This document shows positions 25,060-36,108 of a stretch of DNA of 59,478 bases, piece after piece. The DNA is from Octopus sinensis (Eukaryota): the NCBI RefSeq assembly GCF_006345805.1, contig NW_021832588.1, positions 1 through 59,478 of the forward strand, in the 5' to 3' direction. The notes beneath the pieces were generated by a model. It was not told the origin of the DNA, made no database searches, and was given only the letters and a program-made list of their open reading frames with translations. Made by a program: the position numbers and the translations under genes. How positions within the stretch are numbered: the stretch's first letter is position 1; each line of letters opens with the position of its first letter.

Positions 25060-26641
25060 AGTTGTTCAGATGCCGAGTTTGTTATTTTGATACTCCTTTT
25101 TTGGGGTTGTTCGTTCGCCGACCATATTTCTCTCCAGAATTCTTCCAATTCTTCTGCCGTTGGTGCTGCAGTGACTTCTATTTTATTTTTACCCAGTTCT
25201 TGGTAGAACTTTTGGGGTTGGAGTTGAACTTTTTGTTTTGTTCAAAGAAGCGTTGGCGTTTCTCGTACCGGCGGATCCTTTGTGCTTTGGCAAGGATATC
25301 TTGCTTCAGCTTTTCTTTTATCTCAGGCAAATCTTTCTCTGTGATGTTATATTTGCGGAGTATTTTTGTTCTCTTTTTGTTGCTCAGTAGCGTTGATTGT
25401 TTGCTGATTTCATTAAGAATCGACAGGTCTTTTCTACTTTTTTTATTTTGTTTTGGATGTTATTTATCCACAGGGCTTGTTTGGGTGGTGGTACTCCTGT
25501 TTGGGCGGGTTTGGGTGAGTATCCAGCTTCTTTTGTGGCTGCAGTGGCTGCAGTGGCTGCTGCGTATATTAAGTCATTTAGCTCGGTGATATCACTTTTT
25601 TTTGTTTCAGTGGATATTAGTTCAGTGACGGCTAGGTTTATGCTGTTTATAATTGGTGTTGTTATTTCGTTTATTTTGATTCTTGGGAGGTATGGTCGGT
25701 GGTCCATTTTGAGCTCTGTGGTTTTCAGTTCTTTGATTATTTTATTTTTTATATTATCATAATCATTAGGCTCCCCTTCGTTGTTTACATCGTGTTTGTT
25801 GGGAATGTTGCGTTTGTCTTCGTGTTTTACAGTTTCAGTGTTTATATTATTGGGCATTGTTGTGTGGCTTCTATCTACATTTTCCTGGTGTATTTTTTCT
25901 TTTAGATGTTCTATTTCTATTTCTGATATTTTTTGTGTTGAGAATGTATCTTCGTACGTTAGCTAATTTATTAGGGTTCATTGCTGTATCCAAGTCTATA
26001 TCTCTGTTATTTTCCTTCCATATTTTATATGTATTGTGTTGTTATTTTCATTTTTTTGGGTAGAGCACTGCTGTGACGTATGCGTGTAAGATAGAATGTA
26101 TTCCTCGTGTCCATTTACGTCTTTTGGGTTTTATTTGCGGGACATGAGGTACAACGTCCGGCCCATTATTTTGACGGTCGTCATTTTCGTAGGGTACCGG
26201 TCCGTTTATTTCTGTTGTCACATTATTTCGCACGTGTGTAGTTTTTCGTACATTTTTTGTTGTAAGTTTAATGTACGTACCGCTCGATTGTTATTCTTGG
26301 GTTGAATAGTATCGGTGGCATTTAATTTCTTCGTAGTTCCTTTGTACATGGTGTTTTGGGGTCGGGGATGATCGTGATGTTCCACGCATGTTTACATGTG
26401 TTGTGTAGTTAGGGTGGAGATGATATCGAGTCAAAATACATCATTTCGTTTCGAAAATAGTAATAAATTTCAATTAGTATTACTTACTCGGATACAGTCC
26501 AATTCTTTGTTAGTAAATCTTTGGCTCCATAGGATGTCCTTGTTTTCGATGTTTGTGGATAGATTTCGGAGCTCTGTATTTTCCTTCTTACATCTTAAAC
26601 GTCCCCCGGTGTTCTCTCTTAAACGTCCCCCGGTGTTCTCC

Positions 26642-26709
<68 letters not shown>

Positions 26710-26878
26710 GAGTGAAAGTGCAGCGTTTATCATGATATGAGATCATCATGTCGCGCACATATGACTGTGATGCATGTGCCTGGTGTACCCTTAGCAGACG
26801 GGTAGTCATGATGGGTATACTGGGCATCGTATATGTTATCCCAGTGTCACTTTGATGGCATGCACTGCTCTCTCACTC
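26710..26878 (+). mobile_element. Family G element, truncated, with a short inverted terminus
   Basis: 26717-26878 matches family G and ends CACTC|AATAAT; 26710-26723 GAGTGAAAGTGCAG resembles the same terminus inverted and abuts (TTA)n. Confidence 0.8.
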
Positions 26879-26903
26879 AATAATAATGATAATGATAATA
26901 ATA

Positions 26904-26944
<41 letters not shown>

Positions 26945-28359
26945 AATAATAATAATAATAATAATAATAATGTTTACCCAAATGACCGGTGTTGAGCCGT
27001 TTTACGAAGAATCAATGATGGAGGATTAAAAATGAAACAATCACTGAGAAGGTCCGAATATTGAAGCCACAAACCGAGCCTTTCCAACAGGGAGATAGCT
27101 ATGCTGTTTACTAAAGGATTTGCGCAGGGTCAAGTATTTTGGACGGAGAGAAAGAGTCAAATTAAATAACTTTAGTATTTTATTGGCCTTACTTTAAGTA
27201 AGTAAAAGGGATGTAAGCTGAGAATAACTTTGAGAAGCATAACTTCTCACAGTGTGGCTTTCATATAAAGCTGTTCAAGTTGGGGCTTCTATCATACTTT
27301 GTAATGTAATTAATAGTAATAATGATGTCTCACCATATTCTTCCACACCGCTGTCATAGTAAAAGAATATACGATCAACAGCAATAAGGAAAGGAATAAG
27401 AATTACTATAATGTTAACCATATGTTGTAAGCAACAGCTCTGACCACATGCGTGCGCTTTGTGATTCGGAAAAAAAGGTAATATATTATATATTATAGAT
27501 AGCTTTCAACATCAAAATGGAAATTCGATAACAAAAGCATCTCGAGATGATGAGCGGTATTCTGCTTCAAGTTCTGCTTCAATGCAACAAACCATACCCT
27601 GCTTTTGCTTTCCAGCTGACGACAAAAAAAGGGATGAAATATTAGTAAGAATTATCTTACAATGCAAAAGGTGAAAGGATAGGAGATGAGCAGTGCTAAG
27701 TAATACATCATGAAGCACTGCGTACACTTTGAGCTGTTTAGAAACCGATATGAGTTATAAACTTTCCTTAGGACCATTAAATCGTGTAGCAAAAGTGATC
27801 TTGAGTTACAAAAAACGAAACAGAAGTATTAGACATAATTTGATAGAAAGGAAGGGCAGAAAGAAATAAAATATTCCAGATTCAAACAGAACTAGCAAAT
27901 ATGGCTTCATGTAATTCGACTTCACGATCTACAACAGAACTTCCGTCAGGCAAGCATTTCGAAATAGAAAATAGAAAAAAAAAGGAGAAAAAGGAAGGAA
28001 ACTCATAGTACATTCTCTAAACAAACCATCACATCTTATTCTTGTATCCCCTTGATCATACGGTATCTATCTCCAAGTTATATATGTAGGATCGTATAAA
28101 AACATGCACAGCCTTGAAATTTCCAAGTATTATATGTGTATCATTATACTGCATGTAAAGAAATTTCCATGTAAATTTGGCTGATAAAGTAAAAGGTAAA
28201 CAGAAGGTGTTGTGTGACGAATCTGACTCAATTTAAATAAACAAACATGAAAGAGAGCAAATATTATTTCTATCAAGATTTTATCCTGCTTCATCTAACA
28301 GTGTAACCTCTCTCTTCTCCTTTCTTACATGTGTATGAATTATGTGTGTGTGTGTGTGT

Positions 28360-28421
<62 letters not shown>

Positions 28422-28425
28422 GTGT

Positions 28426-28675
28426 GAAGGTGCGTGGCTTAGTGGTTAGCGTGTCAGCACCATGATCGTAAGATTCTGGTTTCGATTCCTGGACCGGGCG
28501 ACGCGTTGTGTTCTTGAGCAAAACATTTCATTTTCACGTTGCTCTAGTCCACTCAGCTGGCAAAAATGAGTAACGCTGCGATGGACTGGCGTCCCGTCCA
28601 GCTGGGGAACACATACGCCACAGAAACCGGGAAACCGGGCCCATGAGCCTGGCTAGGCTTTAAAAGGGCTCAAAA
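28426..28675 (+). mobile_element. SINE with C-type head/CORE and a different 3' module
   Basis: GGCTTAGTGGTTAG, GGTTTCGATTCC, GTTCTTGAGCAAAAC, then CTGCGATGGACTGGCGTCCCGTCCAG...AGAAACCGGG. Confidence 0.75.
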
Positions 28676-28792
28676 AATATAAACATACATGCATACATAT
28701 ATACATACATACATACATACATACATATGTATGTATATGCAATGCATATGTATATGCATATGTATATGCATATATATATATATATATAATAT

Positions 28793-28837
<45 letters not shown>

Positions 28838-29381
28838 GTGCATGCATGTATGCATGTATATCAGTAAAAGATATCCAAAGTAATTCAAGCAGTAGTCCCA
28901 CACAGAGATCAAACATGAAGTTCCGATGTTGAATCCAAATATGTTATTTGCTTCATAGCATTAACACACATACACCACCTCTTCTTATGTTCGCTTCAAA
29001 AGCGAATAGCTTCTTTAACTTGCATCAACAGATCTATCCTTCCTCCATAGAACAATATTTCCACCTGGTCTCTAATTCTTTACTCAACATTTCACTTCTT
29101 GGTTATCGCTCTGGATATTTCTCCCTTCTCCCTCCCTTCATGTTTCGCTTGTTCTATTGATGAATGACCATCATTCGAAAAGTCCAGTCACTTTGTATTT
29201 ACATCAAATCGTTAAGCTTATATCATATTTATTAAACATTTTCCTTCACACACACACGTATGTGTATTTATATATGTGTGTGTGTCTGTGTGTGTGTGTG
29301 CATCTGTGTGTACGTCTATGTGAAATACCAGGGTTCTAAAACAACAAACAACATCCATATTAACTTGGAGATAAAGACTGA

Positions 29382-29452
<71 letters not shown>

Positions 29453-29474
29453 TATATATATATATATATGTATG

Positions 29475-29508
<34 letters not shown>

Positions 29509-29562
29509 ATATATATATATATACATATATATATATATGCATGTATATATATATATCTATAT

Positions 29563-29710
29563 GGGGAGAATTCACAAAAAGAAACAAAAGACGAAGACAG
29601 GTGATGTAGACAACAACAGATGTTTTAATATAACGCTCGGGAAGTGGAAAAGTCTTTAACGTTTCGAGCCTACGCTCTTCCACAGAAAGGAACACAGAAA
29701 GAAAAGAGGA
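29563..29710 (-). mobile_element. Family E (PLE pseudo-LTR-like) fragment
   Basis: Homologous to 47787-47970; 3' end abuts (TA)n. Confidence 0.75.
29653..29690 (-). ncRNA. Minimal type I hammerhead-like motif, variant core CUGUGGA
   Basis: CCUUU-CUGUGGA-A-GAGC-GUAG-GCUC-GAAAC-GUU^AAAGA. Confidence 0.6.
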
Positions 29711-30152
29711 ATATATATATATATATATATACATATATATTTAAATACATACATACATTGCATGAATACATCCATCCATCCATCCATCCATACATACATA
29801 CATACATACATACATACATACATACATACATACATACATACATACATACATACATACATACATGCATGCATGATCTCTGGTTTGACTTTCAAATTGTCCG
29901 AGCCAAAGCATGTGAATCGGTTGCAAAAAGTAATTTTGATCCTAATAGTATCAGATTTACATCATGAAATTGCTGAAAATTTGTGAGATAATACGAGATT
30001 TCTATGTTTTATTTCATTTCAGATGCATTAAGGGCGTATGCAATGTATGTTAAGCACAACTGAACTTCAGAATCGATACTAAGTTCTGACTAACTGGGAA
30101 TCGAAACTTTCGTATTAATATCGTACCCATAATCATAACTCTATGTACATGT

Positions 30153-30540
30153 GTGGAGGCGCAATGGCTCAGTGGTTAGAGCAGCGGACTCGCGGTCATA
30201 GGATCGCAGTTTCGATTCCCAGACCGGGCGTTGTGAGTGTTTATTGAGCGAAAACACCTAAAGCTCCACGAGGCTCCGGCAGGGGATGGTGGTGATCCCT
30301 GCTGTACTCTTTCACCACAACTTTCTCTCACTCTTACTTCCTGTTTCTGTTGTACCTGTATTTCAAAGGACCGGCCTTGTCACTCTCTGTGTCACGCTGA
30401 ATATCCCCGAGAACTATGTTAAGGGTACACGTGTCTGTGGAGTGCTCAGCCACTTACACGTTAATTTCACGAGCAGGCTGTTCCGTTGATTCGGATCAAC
30501 CGGAACCCTCGTCGTCGTAACCGACGGAGTGCTTCCATCC
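30153..30540 (+). mobile_element. SINE family F, full-length
   Basis: A box TGGCTCAGTGG, B box GTTTCGATTCCC; 10-bp TSD ATGTACATGT at 30143-30152 and 30541-30550. Confidence 0.88.
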
Positions 30541-32573
30541 ATGTACATGTATGTAGCACGAAATGAACTTCTTTTGCAATACTCGCGGCGGAAGCAACAT
30601 CAACAAAAACAAGAACAACAAGAACGACAACCATTCCATGCATAATTTAATCCTATTCAACGTGTGAGTCACCGCATGGTCATTTTACTGGCATGAGACG
30701 GCAGCGAAGTATGTCTTCTAGCACAAATTTACCGTCTGAAAAATGATATATAAATAAATAAAGAGAAATGACATATTGAAAATAGGGTACAGATAAATTT
30801 ATATAAATTAGACAGGTAAAGTGAAGGTAGGTATACATATATCTGGAATGCCTTTGATCATAGGATTCTTTGTTCAAAGCTGTCTGGAGGCTAAACAACA
30901 GCAAAAACATGTAACGGGTTTTAGATATTTAAGAATATATCTTCTATATCTACATAAATGAAGTGACTCCTAGTATTATTCATACAGTGTTACCTAATAC
31001 CATTTAACTATTCCCCGACCCCGTTCGCAATTGCCATTCTGATATTTCAGCATTCGACATGAAAAATACTACAATTCCCACAGTTGTACTTAAGTTCTAT
31101 TCTAATAGTCTTTCTGTTTACATTTATCAAATTGTTATTCCAGTATTCCTACATTCCAGATATAAATCCTTATATTATTCATATAGTTTCAACTAATAAT
31201 TATTCTCATGTTCCTTCTGCACATGTTTTTCAAACTTCTCTTTTAATATTCGTACTTGCCATACCGATTCACCTTCTGGTCTATTATTTCTTCTCCATTT
31301 TCTGTACCAACTGAACTTCAATTTCGTTTTGTAAGTCGATTTCTCTACTCAATAACATATATAATTTATAATTACATATAATTTTTTTTTCTTTTTAATT
31401 AATTAGTATTGGAAGCAATTATAAGCATATATTGTCTTTATTTTGTTTTTTCCTGACCATTTACTTATGTATTTTTCTTATTCGTAGTTATAGAAGAATT
31501 GGTTAGTCGCCATTATTTTATCAATTTATATGTTAAACTATCTTCTGCTTATGATTTACAGAAGTATCAATGATTGATGTAGCAGCTAAATTAAATTCTC
31601 TTAAATTGATAAATTTCTAACGTTCGTGTTTTTATTGGAATTTCTTATTGAGTTTAGACATCTTATACACACGCGAACAAATACATACAAGCAGTCACAC
31701 GCACAAGCATAAACACGTGTATGTAAATATAGCCCTAAATTTGCATATATAAAACCGTACAGAAACACATACAGGCGTACATACACGTATGAGGATAATT
31801 ATGTGTACTTTTATATGCCTAAGTATATGTATAATTGCATATGTTTACGATTGTGCCTGTACATACATTTGTACTCTTATAGGCAAGTGTGCTTGTATGT
31901 GCTTGCATCAGTGGTTGTATGTGTACACGAGAATCGTCCGTGTTCACACATGTCCATATATCAGTGTTTTATTTTTTACCGAAATTCATCAAGTTATAAA
32001 TGCATGACATTATTAAAAATGACCAGAATTCTCCGAATGATTAACATTTTCTTTGAACGGAATACAATTAAATATAATTATTATTCATTAATTTTATATT
32101 TTTCAATAGTTGATTGTAAAAGCTCTCTTCTTATTCCAAATCTTTCGAACTAAATGGAATTAATTGTTTTGTTATTCTCATTTGAGAACCAAACAGGATA
32201 TTTTTGAGTAACACATGAACCATTGTCCTTCTGTTGTTGATATTTATGCTTCTGTTGTGGCAAACGAAAACAAAAATCACTATAATTATTATTACAGGTC
32301 ATTGCGTCTAGATGTGGTAACAAGACCAGCGAAACCAGTATGCACTCGTTCGACTCCTTTCCAGTCAACTGTAGTTGTATCTTGAAACTTGAAACGCCAG
32401 CATCATTTGATAAAGAAGGCTAGCAAGGCTAAGTTGGTTTCGGGTTCGGTCCCACTGTGTAACACCTTGGGCAAGTGTCTTCAGCTATAGCCTCGGGCCG
32501 ACCAAAGCCTTGTGAGTGGATTTGGTTGACGGAAACTGAAAGAAGTCTGTCGTGTGTGTATATATATATATAT

Positions 32574-32784
32574 AACGGGAAGCTTTATGAAAATAAACAA
32601 AAGACGAAGGCAGGTGGAATACAAACAAACAATTGTATTAGTATGGCGCTCAGGAATATAAATAAAACAAGTCTTTTACGTTTCGAGCCTGCGCTCTTCA
32701 ACAGAAAGATACACAGAAAAGAAACACAGAAAGAAACAAGGAGAGAAAAAAAATGCGTGCAGAGGCTAGCGAATCAACATGGCG
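32574..32784 (-). mobile_element. Family E (PLE pseudo-LTR-like) element
   Basis: Homologous to 47787-47970 including CGCCATG..GCTAGCC; 3' end abuts (TA)n. Confidence 0.78.
32672..32709 (-). ncRNA. Minimal type I hammerhead-like motif, variant core CUGUUGA
   Basis: UCUUU-CUGUUGA-A-GAGC-GCAG-GCUC-GAAAC-GUA^AAAGA; stem I 5/5 and stem II 4/4 Watson-Crick. Confidence 0.7.
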
Positions 32785-33038
32785 ATCTGATTTCGGCCAG
32801 AAGTCAAAGATCAAACGTGAGACGCAAGAGCGAAATTAGGGGAGATAATAGTGTTAAATGACCTCGCCCCAACATAAGAGTGTGTGTGTGTCTGAGAGAG
32901 TATGTAGTGCGTATGAGAGGTCTGGACGTGTGTATGTATATATGATGTGATGTGTAAAGTCGTTTGGTGTAGTGTAGAGAGAAGAGATGAGGGGGAGAGG
33001 GGAAGAGGGGGAGGTAAGGGAGAGAGAGAGGAGAGATG

Positions 33039-33085
<47 letters not shown>

Positions 33086-33214
33086 AATGTTGAAGCGAAT
33101 CGAACGGCTTTTTGTGTGTTTCTTAAGTGGCTTACTAACACCTTCCACGCTGCAATTGTTTTCGTTTCAGCACACGATCTCAGATCAAATCACTTGCTAT
33201 GCAGGTACATCTCC

Positions 33215-33252
<38 letters not shown>

Positions 33253-33285
33253 TATATCTATATATTATATATATATATAATATAA

Positions 33286-33326
<41 letters not shown>

Positions 33327-33475
33327 ATGTATGTATGTAGTTATGTATGTATGTATGTATGTTATACGTATGTATGTCTATGTATATCTATGTATATATA
33401 TGTATGTATATATATATATAATATATATATATATATACATATATACATGTATCTGTATGTATATATATATATATG

Positions 33476-33510
<35 letters not shown>

Positions 33511-33975
33511 TTATATGTATATACTTATGTGTCTGTGTTTCTGTGTCTGAGTTTATCACTACCCCTATCAGTTGACAACCGATGTTGGTGTGTTTACGTC
33601 TCCGCAGCTTAACAGTTCGGCAAAAGGCACCGATAGAATAAGTACTAAGGCTTACGAAGAATAAGTCTTGTGATCGATGTCATTTAAAGCGGTGCTTCAG
33701 CATGAACGCTGTCAAATTACTGGAATAAGTAAAAGAATAAAGCAATAGTGTTCCTGTCGCTGGTGGTTAAGGACTTGCTGTTGAACATGGGCAAAATGCT
33801 GAAAGACCCGTATTTTGTGCTCTTTCTTTTTTATTGGTTCCCCTATTCTTTCCGTATAGAAGCGATGTTGTCCAATGCAAGCAAAACCGAACCTTGCACC
33901 ACTATGATTTTTTTCTTCTAGTAAGGCAATACAATAAAGCTAATTAATACTGCCTATATTAATCCCTTTCAGCTT

Positions 33976-34077
33976 CACTTATTGCAGCAGTTCTTTAGTT
34001 TTTCTAAGCCCTGTAAAATAACTCGGAAGGTTGGTCTCCAATCAGGTCTTTCGCGATACTCAAAGCCAAGAACTTTG
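33976..34077. mobile_element. Partial mariner-derived MITE (same family as 52690-52908)
   Basis: CACTTATTGCAGCAGT...CTCGGAAGGTTGG...AGCCAAGAACTTT. Confidence 0.65.
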
Positions 34078-34329
34078 TACTAAAATGAATTCATAAGCAC
34101 ACATATAACATCCAAATGTATATCTTTTCTCTCTCATGTGATATGAGTCCTAGGTTTCGGAATCTTCAAATATATATATGCGCGGTAGGCCGCAAGAAAC
34201 TTTTCAGACCAAAGATACTTAGTTAACCTGAGGTTTACATTGTCTTTAGAAGATCCCGTGTGAACTCGTAGGGGAATCAATCAAAATTCGTAGAAAACAC
34301 ATTTCGAGCAAAAATAAAAGGATATATAT

Positions 34330-34736
34330 GCAGGCATGGCTGTGTAGTGAGAAGCTTGCTTCCCAAACACGTGGTTCCAAGTTCTGTCCCACTGCGTGGC
34401 ATCTTGACCAAGTGCATTCCACTATAGCCTCGGGCCGACGAAATACTTGTCAATGGATTTAGTAGACGGAAACTGAAAGAATCCCGTCGTGTGTAAATAT
34501 ATGTGTGTATGTTTGTGTGTGTGTGTATATATATTTATGTTTGTGTGTCTGCGTTTGTCCCCCCACCATCGCTTGAAACCGATGTTGGTGTGTTTATGTT
34601 CCTGAAGCTTAGCGGTTCGGCAAAAGAGACCGATAGAATAAGTACAAAGCTTACAAAGAATAAGTCCTGGGGTCGATCTGCTCGACTAAATGTGGTGCTC
34701 CAGCACGGCCGCAGTGAAATGATTGAAACTGTAAAA

Positions 34737-34740
<4 letters not shown>
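34330..34740 (+). mobile_element. SINE family A, full-length
   Basis: All family A modules in order. Confidence 0.9.
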
Positions 34741-34790
<50 letters not shown>

Positions 34791-35140
34791 GGGGTGGGTA
34801 GGCTTATGGAGACGAGGAATTCGATTCTTAGTCTTTTCCATAAACTGTGAGCTCACCCGCGCACACAGACAACAGAGAGACAGATAGGCAGACATAAACG
34901 CGCGCGGACGCACGCGCACACATGCACACACACATACACACGACCCGCACCTGGAACAGAAGTTTCATAAGCTCTTTCATATATTCGCTCGTAATCTGAA
35001 AGAGAAAGCCGATCACGAATGAATTTTAACTTAAATCATAGTGTGGTACACCTGCGACGTATCAAAGTTCCATTTCTTTCAAATTGAAACTAATAAGGAT
35101 TTCTTACATTTATTTATCGGATATTTGTCCTCATCTTGTT

Positions 35141-35414
35141 TGGCATAGTGGTTAAGAGCGCGGGCTACTAACCCCAAGATTCCGAGTTCGATTCCAAGCA
35201 GTGACCTGAGTAATAATAATAATAATAATATTAATAATAACAACATCGAAAAATACTTTAAGAATGAGAACCCAGGTTCAAAATTTCCCCAAGACACTGA
35301 TGAAAGCTGGAGAGTATATCAGCCGAAACGTTGTATTAATAACAAGCAAGACGAGGACAAATATCCGTCAAATGTAAATAATGTACATAATTCCTCGTCT
35401 CTTAAATATAGAAC
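35141..35414 (+). mobile_element. SINE family D: tRNA-like head + (TAA)n + hammerhead-containing tail
   Basis: A box TGGCATAGTGG (35141), loop CTACTAA, B box GAGTTCGATTCC (35184-35195), TAA run, tail ending CTTAAATATAGAAC; inverted tail piece at 35104-35141. Confidence 0.82.
35292..35337 (+). ncRNA. Minimal type I hammerhead motif, canonical core
   Basis: AGACA-CUGAUGA-A-AGCUG-GAGAGUAUAU-CAGCC-GAAAC-GUU^GUAUU; palindromic AACGUU stem III; stem I weakened in this copy. Confidence 0.7.
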
Positions 35415-35773
35415 GGGAAGGATTTCTTGGACCACGGGCTATACGTCCCCTGCCCAATTCAAGATCACAACATACATGTACACTGCAACATAATTTCTTT
35501 TCCTCAACAGGCCCTGCCCTATTTAACATTGTCCCGAGGGAGATCAAAGAGGAAAAGGATCCCATCAACTTTAAACAGAGTCTGGAGAGATTCCTTCAAA
35601 GAATACCAAGATAAGCCACCCATAATTGGATACAACTCACCCAACAAGAACTCAGTACTTGAACAAAACTTGACTTAAACAGGATTCAAATAATCCTATC
35701 AGGTGGTGCTATTAAGTTAGACATGGCCTGGACCAATCTATGGTCGAAACATATCTAAGTTTATCTAAGTTTA
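35415..35773 (+). mobile_element. CR1/L2-type LINE 3' fragment
   Basis: TLQHNFFSSTGPALFNIVPREIK...FKQSLERFLQRIP / DKPPIIGY..NKNS C-terminal motifs, 3' stem-loop GACCA-ATCTA-TGGTC, tail (ATCTAAGTTT)x2. Confidence 0.8.
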
Positions 35774-36054
35774 TATGGGCACATCTTTTCGAAAGAGATA
35801 CGCAATTCATTCGAAATGCAGTCATGTGTTTAGCCTGGTTTGGTTTTGAACTCGGAATATAATGAGTTTGTGTGTGCTTGAATAAGTATTTTATATGTCG
35901 TTCTTTAGTTATTGACCGTTCTCCATTTCTTTATTGAACAGCAGGGATTCTAAATATAAAATTTCAATAGAAACAATTCTATAATACTAGAACACTTAAA
36001 ATACAATATAGCCGGAGATGGTCATGGTAGTCGCGGTAGTAGTCGCCTGCAGTT

Positions 36055-36108
<54 letters not shown>

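Larger units (their letters stand above)
22655..26641 (-). mobile_element. Dong/R4-clade non-LTR retrotransposon (RT + restriction-like endonuclease), apparently full-length, inserted in (TAA)n
   Basis: Single broken ORF: RRKWT N-terminal motif, RT motifs (WIDYKKAFDS, FQGD region, YMDDLKL), CCHC knuckle CRICGDGQETINHIISSC, RHD, NRPDIVV, IDVSIP, KY.DL; TAA runs on both sides. Confidence 0.92.
32435..33742 (+). mobile_element. SINE family A split at its internal microsatellite by ~950 bp of inserted sequence
   Basis: 5' half 32435-32570, 3' half 33527-33742; family E copy and simple repeats in between. Confidence 0.75.

Noticed and set aside
22759-26305. Plus-strand ORFs overlapping the Dong LINE (up to 181 aa)
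   Set aside because: Antisense shadows of the A-rich minus-strand ORF; no independent motifs.
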